Positions 1-11,634 of a stretch of DNA of 64,000 nt are shown here, one piece after another (position 1 is the stretch's first letter; the number at the start of each line of letters is the position of its first letter). The notes under the pieces were generated by a model. That model saw only the letters and a program-made list of their open reading frames with translations. It was not told where the DNA came from and did no database searches. Both the position numbers and the translations under genes were made by a program. The DNA lies in NCBI RefSeq assembly GCF_006345805.1, contig NC_043015.1:19158001-19222000 (forward strand), in the 5' to 3' direction. This DNA is from Octopus sinensis (Eukaryota).

Positions 1-140
1 TCCCTGTAACTTAGTGGTTCGGCAAAAGAGACCAATAGAATAAGCACTAGGCTTACAAAGAATAAGTCCTGGGGTTGATTTGCTCAACTAAAGGTGGTGC
101 TCCAGTATGGCTGCAGTCAAATGAATGAAACAAATAAAGT
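1..140 (+). mobile_element. 3' half of tRNA-derived CORE-type SINE (octopus OR-like)
   Basis: Matches the 3' half of the full copy at 14718-15118 (GCAAAAGAGACC-ATAGAATAAG...GGTGCTCCAGTATGG...TGAAACAA). Confidence 0.85.
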
Positions 141-178
141 AAAATAATAAATAATTTAAATAAATTTTAACAATTATA

Positions 179-212
179 AGGTGTCTATTTACTTCTGTCA
201 TGACTGTGCATA
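179..212. mobile_element. Tc1-type terminal inverted repeat remnant
   Basis: GGTGTCTATTTACTTC-TGTCATGACTGT closely resembles the end of the Tc1 fragment at ~17484-17512. Confidence 0.5.
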
Positions 213-416
213 AAGATATATATATATATATATATATATAATCACAGCCCTTCAATCCAACATTCATAATTCTAAGTACTATAATGACTCACTGTTTGTC
301 TTAAATTATACATACATGTATAATGACTCACTGTTTGTCTTAAATTATACATACATGTATAAATAATCCTCTATTTACCTTATATCAAGGTCTCATTCTT
401 TTGTTGTCACTTTTTG

Positions 417-459
<43 letters not shown>

Positions 460-485
460 CATTATATATATATATATATATATAT

Positions 486-690
486 CGCCATGTTGATTCG
501 TTAGTTACTGCACGCATTTTTTTTCTCTCCTTCTTTCTGTGTTTTTTTTCTCTCTTTCTGTTGAAGAGCGTAGGCTCGAAACGTTAAAGACTTGTTTTAT
601 TTATATTTCCTGAGCGCCATACTAATACAATTGTTTGTTTGTTTTCCACCTGCCTTCGTCTTTTGTCTATTTTCATAAAGCTTCCCGTTA
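486..690 (+). mobile_element. Solo Penelope-like pLTR / retrozyme-like element between (TA)n tracts
   Basis: About 200 bp flanked on both sides by (TA)n; contains the hammerhead-like motif at 553-590. Confidence 0.55.
553..590 (+). ncRNA. Minimal type I hammerhead ribozyme-like motif (A6 to U variant)
   Basis: TCTTT-CTGTTGA-A-GAG(CGTAGG)CTC-GAAAC-GTT-AAAGA. Stem I TCTTT/AAAGA abuts the core, stem II is GAG/CTC, stem III is palindromic AACGTT, and the predicted cut is after GUU at 585. Confidence 0.55.
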
Positions 691-1810
691 TATATATATA
701 TACATATACATATAACCTGACTGAAACAAGTAAAAGAAAACTTAAAAGATATATATAATATCAATCTCTTGATTGAGAAACTTTAGTATCAAGCATATAC
801 TAAGACCACATCACTACAGAGTGCCATATTTGTCAACTTAGACCACTACATAGGGGCCCCGTCATTGGTTTACATCTTTTGACAAAAAGTTTTTTCATGC
901 CCACAAAGGAGAAAATGCTTTGGAGTTCAACAAGTAAAACATAATCATATCTCTTTCTCTTTCAAATTCTTTAATTTTCTTAACTAATTTTCTTAAGACT
1001 AAACGAAAAGAAAATAAGGTGATGTAGGGAAGAAATGGTTAAAAGTTTCATCATACAACTAATATTTATTGCAGATAGATATAATATACTATAAATACTC
1101 TTACATTTGCTTTTCAGCATTTCATTTTGCTTCTATTTTTTTTTTTTTATGCAACTGAATTTTCAGGCTTTATAAAAATCTTAAATACTCCAAATTTGAA
1201 AATATTTTTTCTTTGTTGTTATATCTGCATTTATTACTTCTTTGTTAGCTTTCAGTGTTGAGTAGTAAGACTATTTTCAGCACCATCTGACGTGCTATTA
1301 GAAACATGTGTCTGAGAATCTTCCATAACATACATATGAACATCTTTAGACTCTTTCACTACTTTGATCTCCATAGTTGGATAATTTTTATTTTTTGCTT
1401 TTTCCATTGGTGTTTCCTGTTCAATGAATTAAAAAAGATATTTTAATTTGATATTCTGATAATTAGCTTGAAACAATATATTACTTTAGTTTAATTACAA
1501 ATCATCTAATTCAAGTAAATATATATTTATGGCTACATACACTTTTTTTGTAAAATTAAGAAAATAAATTTTCCTAATAACAATTTCTTTCTCTGCCTTT
1601 CAGTATGAGGAATTAGCATAATCAATTTAATCAATGCAAATGTCTATTAATCTGTTGTTAATGCTTGTATAATGTTTCATAGAGCTAATTGTTTAGTAAA
1701 GTATCTAGTTACAAAACAGAACAGAAATATTTTATGGTATGCCTTGAAAGTGTTGCAAAAAACAAAACAAAACTCCTACAGTTTAGATTGTAGACTAGAT
1801 ATTTAGAAGA

Positions 1811-2540
1811 TATATGAGTGTCAGCTGAAAAGTTTATAGGCTGATCAAGATACTCCCATGGAATGTGACCAAATTAGGTGTATTTTTCAGCACAGACTCC
1901 CTTGCAGTCTACACACTTCTTCCATCAGTGTTGCTCTGCTTGGATCCCATTGGTGAAGAAGTTTTCTTCTTTTAGGTCAAAAATGTCATCAACAGATATG
2001 ATATTATCACCACTGTGATACTGGTTTTTAGTCAAGTGGGTTTTTTTTTCCATGTTGAGGAACAGATAATAGTCAGATGGGGCCAACTGAAGACAATAGG
2101 GAGAGTGATCAACCAGTTCAAAGCCACAGATACTCAGCAGCCATTGAAACAAAAGACTTGCATACAGGAGCATGGTCCTGATGAAACAAGACCCCTTTCA
2201 TCAGTTTTCCTGAGTGTTTAGTTTTGATAGTCTTTTGTAACTGTCTCAGCAAGTTGGTATAGTACTCTCCATTGATGGTGTGGCTCTTTTGAAGATTCTT
2301 GTAGTGAACACAATCAATATTTCTTTTGGTGGTGGCAGTTGCAGCTGCCCACTTTTGCACTGTTGATAAAGCTGGAGCATCATCTCCTAATGTAGCAAGC
2401 ATGCCAGTATGGATGCTCTTGGGGGCTAAACCCTTTTTATGAAGGTGCTTGATAACACCACGATGCCAAATTTTGTCATTTTTAAGAGAGATTGCTACTA
2501 GTTAGATTTGAAGTCTTCTTGAACAGTCAGATATCAGTTC
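1811..2540 (-). mobile_element. Degenerate mariner (DD34D) transposon
   Basis: Frameshifted pieces: TINGEYYTNLLRQL..KGVLFHQDHAPV (2118-2402) and DHSPYCLQLAPSDYYLF (1925-2173). Confidence 0.8.
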
Positions 2541-3899
2541 AAATGAAAAGAATCAAGAATTAAAAAAGAGTTGGAATTAACGCATACATGATCACACAGC
2601 TTTAATATCAATCCTTCATAGTCAGCCCACCCTTGTAGAGCCCTCCTACTGTGTTTAAGAAGTTTACTTCCTATCCTCATGATTGCAGGTTTAGTCCCAC
2701 CACTTGGCACCTTGAGCAAGTGTCTTTTACTATAGTACCAAGTACCACAGGATGAAGTTTTATTCTGCATTGACATTAAATAATTGAACAATGGATGTTA
2801 CCATTATCAAATACCTGAATTTGGCCAACATCCAGTGTCTCTGGCTCACCAACATCTAATTTGAAATCGTTCCTATTAGTCTACATGTCTTATTTACCAA
2901 TATTCATTTTAAATAATGTTTTTATATAAGCACTAATTTATAAACAATTTTCTGTGAAAACAGAAGTCCAGTAATTCCAGGTTTAAGAGAGCAAAGTTCA
3001 AAGGTAAGGATTAAGCTGAAGGAAAAAGACAAAACCTTTACATGGTCTCCAGACCTGTTAAAACAGCAGCCACATTTGCTTTAAACTCTAGCATAGTGTT
3101 TAAAAAGCAAAACAGTGGATACCTGTACTTTGGAAAAAATAACAAAATTTGGTCACAGATGAAACATCTCTATCATACGTCTTCTCAGTAAGAGTTGATT
3201 CAATGCTTAACAAAATTATGTATGTAATGCTTAAAAAATATGTATCTAAACCTCTGTGAGCTTTAAAAACATTATCACACAGTAATTTCAAACTCATACT
3301 CATTGTTAGAGCCTTAACACTGATTTCACATTTGTGACAATGTTATTTTGGACTGTTGTTTCTAGCAAAAAATCCTGCCTCATCAACACTCACATTCAGA
3401 ACCAAAACAACAAAACATAGTGTTGTAATTTTTAACAAGACAAAATTGCCTGGTTTATCATATGTCTCTAGAGAATTTTCATTTAGGTAGAAATTCACCT
3501 CCTGTAGTCCACATTGCTGAATGTCCTTTCAAACAGAAAAAGGAAAGAAAAACCAGTGCAAGTTTGAGTTTTTTCTTTTCTTTTTTAAAAAAAGAAAATT
3601 TTAAAGAGAAAATTTTCTGTGAATTTATCAGCCTTTAACCATTTCCTTAGATAGCTTTTTGCTTCATTATTTTTTCTTTTTCCTCTAATTACATTTTTGT
3701 TTCTTGCTATCATTTTTCTGGAGAGAATTTAAAAGATTTAATCTGTTAGTTTTTCATTTCAGTTCGTTTTAATTCATTTTCTTTGTGTGCATAACACATA
3801 ACATATTTTTCATACTTTTGTGCACATATCCTAGGATTGTTACCCTCAAACCAAATTAAATGAATGGTTTTTCAACATATACATATATAAAGGCATATA

Positions 3900-4255
3900 T
3901 TCATGTAGATGTGACTGTGTGGTAAGAAGCTTGCTTTCCAAGTGCATGGCTCTGGGTTCAGTCCTCCTGTGTGGCACTTTGGGCAAGTATCTTCTACTAT
4001 GGCTTCCAGCCAACCAAAGCCTTGTGAGTGGATTTGGTAGATGGAAACTGAGAGAAGCCCATCGTGTGTGTGTATATATATATATATATTTCTATGTGTG
4101 TTTGTCATTGTGTATATGTTTTTCTCCCCATCACTGCTTGGCAACCGGTGTCGGTGTGTTTATGCCCCCATAAGGTAAAGATTCAGCAAAAGAGACTGAT
4201 AGAATAAGTATCAATAAGTACCAGGCCTTAAAAACCATATGTCCTGGGGTCATGC
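3900..4255 (+). mobile_element. tRNA-derived CORE-type SINE with internal microsatellite, 3'-truncated
   Basis: A-box/B-box-like head (TGACTGTGTGG...GGTTCAGTCC), CTTTGGGCAAG core and internal (TA/TG)n; colinear with 14718-15118. Confidence 0.8.
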
Positions 4256-4649
4256 ATGTGTGTTTATATCCGTGTGTATGTATATAGATGTATATATAAA
4301 CATAGAAGTTGTGTTCAAAAAGTATCTGATTTTTTCCTGCTAAAACTAATGTCATGAGGGCAAAATCCTTTGGCTGGGGTGGGGTGATGCCATCATTCAT
4401 GTGCGTGTATGAAAATTTTCAAGCCAGTAGTTCTCAACTGTTGTGCCTAATTTACAGATATATAGTGTGCACTTGTCAGATTTTGGTGTCCACACAAGAT
4501 GACTGAATGCATTACACAGAAATATTGCAGCAAGTTTTGGCAAAAGCTTGATGATACTCCAGCTCAAATCATCCAGAAGATTTAGTGGCCTTTGGCGATG
4601 ATGCTATGAGTAAAACTCTGTAATAAGAGAGGAACAGAGTACAGATCAC

Positions 4650-7600
4650 CTACATTTCAGTGTCAGCTGTCCAGCTGGGTTAACTGTGAGATGCACCCTA
4701 CCCATCTGACCTACTTCTACAACCTACCGTTAATTCCTGTCTAGGTGACACATCTACACACATCTGTCCACTACTGCTGCTCGAAACTAAAGAGGCCCAC
4801 ACTGGTCCTACTTTCCTCACTTGCTCCCTTTTCTTCTGGTAGGGCCTCTCAGCCATTAACATCACTGCCCTCTCCTTCTGGTTCACCTCAACACCACACA
4901 CACATCTCCATCTCAAAGATCACCTCCTCACTTCACTCAATGTTGAAATCTGCCATCCAACTGGACAGTCATCTCACTTACTGTGATCGCAGGAATGGAG
5001 CGCCGCTCACTTCCTCTCCTCTACCTTTGTCGCCCAATGAAGCAACAATTCTGTGAACAGCATTTCATCAACAGAGACATTATTTTTGAAATTAACAGCT
5101 GTCACTGTGCAGCATGCCTTTGTCTCCTACCTGCATGAAGACGAGTTCTCTTTATTGCACAGTGTGTTGTGATGTTGTATTTGGGTGCTGCCATTCATGC
5201 CTGAATATCATTCTGTGTGGCAGGGACTCCTTGGCCTGTCCTGAGTGGGATGATCCCATTTCCATGATCCCATTTCTGCTTGGCCTGAATGCCACTCTGA
5301 AGAAACGGTGCACATTCCACTTGTCAGCATCTCTTTCAGCACCTCTGAATGAAATGCAGTTCCATTGTCCATCAGCAATTCGTCTACAGGGCCCTGCTCC
5401 AGGAATATCTCATTCAGGATATATGCAACCTCATCCTCAGTGCCCGACTTAATTTCCCTCCATATCGCTACCTGACCCAGTCCACAGTCTACCATTGAGA
5501 GACATGTCCCCCTGCCAGTAGTGTGTCACATCCACTGTCAATCATCTCCAGTCATGCACACCTGGAGTAGGGCTGATGGACTGGCATCTATCACAGCTCC
5601 CGACCACCTTTAAATGCTCTTCCTTAAATGTTGGAGTCAACCTTTCTGGCAAGATACAGGGTTCTATCCATAGCCATATGATGCATGGCATGCAGTCTCC
5701 TTAGTTTTGAGTCACCTAGACGACACACTGCAGCTACCCCTCACCCCAAATCTGCTGGCATCGCCAACCAGGTCTTTTTCACCCTGGTTAGAATGTCTGG
5801 CTTATTCCTTTTTGAGGGCACAAAGACCGTGCTCAGCTTCAAACCAAATTTGGCAGCTAGCTCTCCCAGAACCCCTAGGCAGTACTTTACTGACATCTCT
5901 GCAGCCTCTTTGGTTCAAACCCTCTTTTCATCGGTGATCACTGATCCCACGTATCCAAGCACAGTAGCCAAAGCAGTTTAGATTTTGATAGACTGCAGCC
6001 CTCATCTCAGGACCAGATTTACCCACTTCAGCACTGCATCCAACTCACTCACATTGGTGTGGTTGTAATCATTTGCTTTTTGGAGCTGGGTTGCTCCACC
6101 CCTGATTTTCCAGACAACCCCTATTGCTATGCTTCTCACATCGCACCATATGGTCCCATTCTCCAATTTGGACACATACCAGCTTCCTTTTACTGGGCCC
6201 TCTGCCCTTATCCTCTCTAAGATCTCTTGCATCATCACTACTGTCCTCTTTCCCACTTTGTCTCCCCATCAGCTCGTCTCTTAACATAGCTGCATGCTGT
6301 TCAAAGCCTTCCCGTAATCAGATAGTGACTCACTAGTCTCCCACACATCAAGAATAGTTCTCATCTGTTGATGCTGGTACCCAGTTCCAGAATCTCATTT
6401 CCTCTCTGAAACACCAACACAGCAGTTTTGTCTCTTTGAAGCCTGAATCGCAGTGCAGCTCCTCCAACCATTCAGCCTGATAGTTTTGCAATCAACCTGA
6501 ACTTCTTTGGATGACCTATGACCTCTGCGGCAGACACTGCAATCTCATCTACCAGGATGTCGTCTATATAGGAACTGGTGGCCTTTTTTACCTTGTCCTC
6601 CTTTCCCAAGATAGATTTGAACAACCTGGTCAGACAGTATGTCTGATCCTTATATCTCACCAGCTGATACTTCCACAATTTCTTGCTCATGTGGAGCTGC
6701 AGATATACCAACTTCAAGTTGGCAATTGTTGCCAGCCTCATCATCCATCTCCATTCTCACAATGTTTCTCCACAGACATCAATCACCTCACCACCCGTGT
6801 GGCATGATATATGGCCATTCAGCTCTCAAAAGTCCAGTACCAACTTGACCTTACCTTTTGTTGACTTCACCACTGCCATTAGTGGCAGCACTCCACTCTT
6901 CACTTTTTCCACGGGATTAGGATACCTGCCCTAATCTATTTCTCTACCTCTCCTTCAAACTCGCTCATGGCATATTCTTTCAAGGTATGCTCATAACAGC
7001 TTAGCCTGTTCCCCAGCATTGGAGGCTCCCCTTTCCAATGCCACTCAACCGTCGACTGCTAACTGTTGAACACCACTTGAAAATCTCTTTCCTCAATGGT
7101 GCATACAGTACAACCTTTCCCCACCCCTACGGTTCTGCTCCCTCTCTTGTGGCAGACTCACAGCACATGATGTCCCTGTACCACCATCTCCACTTCGCTG
7201 CTACCCTTGCATCCAATTTTGCTGCCATCAACTACCCAAACACTACTCATCCACATCCACTTTTTTGTCACCAGAGATGTTGAACAGCCCACGAAGGTTT
7301 TGAATGCCTTTCCTACAACCAGGACTTCAACTATGGGCAGTGATTGCACGAGAGCCTCTACTTGTTCGCAGGGGAAGTTTGAGAGGCAGCAACTTCCTTG
7401 TGACCTTTACCCTGGCTGCAGTTTCAAGCGAGATGCCCTGTCTGCTTTCACTGGTGGCAAATGGGTTTGGGCTTCATTTCTGCGCAGTCCCTTGCCATCT
7501 GCAGTCCCTGGCACGTAAAATACCAGCCCATAAACGATCACTGCTGCTCCATGGCAGTTTTTCTCTCATTCTTCATCGATTGTTGCTTGATATTGCAGGC

Positions 7601-7700
7601 TTCTGCAGCTGCCATTTGCATTCCACCCAGTGTTTTGCATTGGCATGCAGGCTTGAGCGATGAGTTTGTTCATTGCCATTTTCTCGCTGCCTGACAGTTG
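4650..7700 (-). mobile_element. Degenerate Ty3/Gypsy LTR retrotransposon internal region (gag-PR-RT-RH-IN)
   Basis: Two decayed gag zinc knuckles at ~7410-7530, protease-like LPIVEVLVVGK (7158-7349), RT SSYIDDILVDE (6472-6744), integrase ELLMDNGTAF (5208-5495), in Gypsy order. Many stops and frameshifts; LTRs not identified. Confidence 0.85.
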
Positions 7701-9374
7701 TTGAAGTCACACATAGAATTTATTTGTCACTTGTCAAATTCACCATCATCTTAGGTGAGAGGGAGTTTAATTTAGATAGCTTATCCAATTCCATTGTTAT
7801 TGATCTAGTTCAACTTTAAGACAAGAAAAATTTCAAGAAAGCTTTTGAAAATCATTTTCTTTCCATCTGCAACTTTCAGAGAGGTAACTCCTCTCTCTTT
7901 CCTTGCCATTGGGTAACTTGCCATTATGTAACTTGCCATTAATAGCAAACATTATGTGATCCTTATAGCATTTCCATTCTCTTTCCACCCAACTTAGCAG
8001 TAAACCTCTGCAACTGCAACAGAAATTTTCTATCAAAACTGATTATATTTACTTCCATGTCATAAACTTTGTAACGGTTGAATAAAATAAATAATGAGTG
8101 TAACCATTTTATATCAAGTTTTTTTCAAGGCATCCAGAATCAATTAACTATGGACCATGCAGCTTTCCACAACCTTTCTTCATATGCAGCTATTTTTCAA
8201 CCAGCCTTCTCAACTTGTCGCACACACCTCTATCTAAACTTTTTTACTAATTACAATTACACCATTACATTTGATGACCTCTACATATTACACCTAACAT
8301 ATATGTAAGTCAGAGTGAGATGACAGCCTTTTGGTACATGGTGTGAGGAAGTGTGACTTCTAGTAAACTTGCTACTATCCCTTACAAAGACTTGACCACC
8401 TGAGTGGTGGTTTGCTTACATGTCTTTTGTGACATAACTGTTGTTTAGCCTCAAGGCAACCCTGAGTCAACAGACATGGAATCCTTTCTCAAACTCTCTC
8501 ATCCTTGGTATATCTATGGTTGTATTATCTAATATATTCTTCAATTTTTAAGATAATAAGAGATTTGACAGCTATTTTTAGCAGGTCTAGGGATCATATA
8601 AAAATCAAATATTTCGTTGATGTAAATGGGCATTATGTTGGTGCATGTAATGGTTTTTGTTTTTGAAGCTATCATTTATTCTGTACGTTTTGTGAGTAGT
8701 GTTAGGATTGACTATAGTAGTCTGAAATTATATTGTGAATTGGAAAACAGAATGTGTTAGTTGGTAATGTATCACGATTGGACAGTGAGTTAAAGTTGCT
8801 GGTAAGTGCAGTAAATTCTTCTGGTCCTATATACAATAGAGCACTCCTACATCTTTGATGGTCTTTGTCTGTTTTATGCATAGTTGTTTTCTGCCTCTTG
8901 ATATTTCTCATGCTTGTATTAGTTGTCTGTCGATTTATTTGTTTTGTAGTAATGTGTTTAAACGAAATTGCAACCATAACATCTCATTTGTATTTCAGGT
9001 AGAATTCATTCTCATTCCTTTTAGGATGGTCAGGTGAGAATTCTAGTACATTGAGGGACTGCACAGAGGCTTCCTTGTTGGCTCATGGATAAAGAAGTTC
9101 TGTGGTTCTTACTGAATTGATGAATGATAGGAGGTTTCTATTTACCAGCAGGAGAAATTTTCTCACCAGACAATCTTCTTACATTAGTTCTATGTTGATT
9201 CCATCTTATGGAGTACTGCCTTGTCTGCCCTCTACTACCCAACCCGCGTAGCACAAAAAAACCTTGCAGAGTTGACTAAAAATGTGAAAAAACAATGTAA
9301 AGACATGGGAAACTGCTATGTAACCACTACACTTCAACAAAATCAAAAGAGGTGAAAAAGGGAAAATTTCTTAC

Positions 9375-9487
9375 CAAATTGGAAGTGATTCCTAAAGAAG
9401 CCTGGAGAGATTTTGGTAAACAAGAACATATATTCCTAAAGACTGGAACAACATATCTGTAATCAGTTTCTGATGAGTTGTATGAAG
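9375..9487 (-). CDS. SLC5 (SMCT/SMVT/NIS-like) transporter, C-terminal cytoplasmic exon
   Basis: tctctag|CT...AATTTG|gtaaga, 113 nt, phase 1 to 0. Encodes SYNSSETDYRYVVPVFRNICSCLPKSLQASLGITSNL, resembling the D-x-R-x-x-x-P-V-F..C..LP tail of invertebrate SLC5A8-like proteins. Confidence 0.7.
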
Positions 9488-9894
9488 CTAGAGATAAAAA
9501 GGAGATATATTTACTTTTAAAATCAACAAGCAAAAGCATTGTGCATGTTATATTAATACCGACAAACATGTTTGAAAATGATACTCTTTTTTATAGAAAA
9601 TGATATTTCATCTTTTCATCACAAGTGTGAGAGCAGGGTTGAATTGCATTTCATTATACTATTACAGAGTGTTGCTACATATTTGCTGTTCTATGTTACC
9701 ACATTTGCCATGCTTCTGAAAAGTTAGGGATATGTTCGCGTGTATATAAATATATGTCTGCACTCAGAAATGTAAGGTAAGGTAAACTTATAAGCATTTG
9801 TTTTTAGTAGAAACTGTGCAGAATCCATCTTATGTTGATTGGTGTTAGTCTGTCTGTATATAGGTATATTTGTATGAATGTACACACATGCATA

Positions 9895-10789
9895 CATGGT
9901 CTGATCAATAAGTATTCGGACTGTTGTCATAGTACCAAAGCTAAAGCACACAGAGTGAAGCTACTTGACACGGATTGACCTTGAACTCTACTGTGCATGT
10001 GCACTAAGTTTTAACGTCCTAGCTCACTTTCACTGTTTACAGCAGTGCTTGGAAGGAAGGTGTGTAGCATGTAATCATCGTATTTTACCATGACAGAGGA
10101 AGTTGAGCAGAGAATCTGCATCAGATTTTGAAAATGCTTGGCGATACCTGCTCAGAGACCTATGCAAGGTTTTCAAAAAGTTTATATCGTTCTCAACACA
10201 ATCAAAGAGTTCATGTGCAACTGAAACCCAAGTGTCTTTTTGGTCAGCTGAAAGCAGTTTCGGCACAAACTTGGCAGACACGCATCTCATACACAAATCT
10301 TCAGTGATAACGGACTGAACTGAGCTGTAACTAATCTGCACATTCTCTGATAACTCAGGGATAGTGATTCAACGATTTCTCCTCACAGATGCACGCACAT
10401 CTGCGATGTTTTTCTCAGTTCTGCTGGTTGCAGGTCTCCCAGAACATTCGTCAATATCGACATTTTTTCAGCCATCTTGAAAATGTCTGGACCACTTGTA
10501 CACTTGCGTGCAGCTTATACAATCATCTCCATACACTTCCTGCAACCTTGCATAGGCCTCTGAGCAGGTATCGTCATGACAATTTTCTCTGTCATGGTCA
10601 ATGCAACGATCACACACTACACACCTTCCTTCCAAGCACTGCTATAAGTAGCAGAAGTGAGCTAGAACGTTAAAACTTAGTACGCATGTACAGCAGAGTT
10701 CAACGTCAATCTTTGCCAAGCAGTTTCACGGTGCGTGCTTTAGCTTTGTTACTATGGTAACAGTCCGGATACTTATTGATCAGACCTTG
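9895..10789. mobile_element. Mariner derivative made of two inverted 5' ends
   Basis: About 260-bp inverted repeat (9895-10150 vs 10545-10789). Both arms run from the TIR into the transposase N-terminus; the minus arm continues to CVSAKFVPKLLSADQK. Confidence 0.8.
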
Positions 10790-11634
10790 CATGTCTGCTT
10801 GTTTCTTTTTTCATATATTTAAATTCTTCCTATAAAGAAAGACCTTGTTTCTAATAAAGAACATAGCTCCATAGCTGGAATATGGATTACTAAAATGGTA
10901 AATGTTAGATGTGGAACTTTAGAAAAGGCTTGGATATTTTTTACTATACCACTTACAGACTGTATTTGTAAAGTGTATTTTGCATGTCACATACTTAGCT
11001 TGAAAAACTTGGCTTTTTAAGTTCATTACTTGAATTAGCACTGTCAAATGCACCGAAAATTAGCAGTATAGATGTGAATTTATAATCTGGGAAAATTTTG
11101 AAGCGTCTGTCTCTAAATATTCTCCTCTCTCATCTTCATGCCATCTGAGATGCAGCTGAACTCTATGACTATAACTTGGCCTTTCTGTCTCAAATACTCA
11201 CGCTTTTTGAGTTTACATTTGATAGAAGTTTTCATGGGAATATAAAGAAATTGTGTGGATTTAACGTAAGGCATCATATATTTTGACACAATGAGAGCTA
11301 GTGTCTTAGTGACATTTTTGGGCAGCATCTGATTACATGTGTGATATCTTCCACAGAAATGTGATATAGTCAGCAAGTTTTTGTTTCAACTTGGAGGTTT
11401 AAGAGCTTCATTTCTCTTTTGTTCATAAGGTATTTCATTGCTTTCTCCAGCTCTTGGATTGCAATGTGATGTGATGGTCACACTCTAGTTCATAAGAAAT
11501 ATACCGAGGCATAAGCTTTGTGTATGTGTATGTATGTGTAAGGTGTGTATATGTGCACAGGTATGCACTGCATTTATGCATATATGTATGTACATATACA
11601 TGTATCCTGTTAGAGCTCACAATATGCTTTTGTA

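Noticed and set aside
279-360. 41-bp direct tandem duplication
   Set aside because: Two copies only, probably slippage or an assembly artefact; no further structure.
7833-8036. ORF with NGKLHNGKLPNGK as a possible SLC5 terminal exon
   Set aside because: No good phase-0 acceptor in that frame; the motif comes from a 15-bp local tandem repeat.
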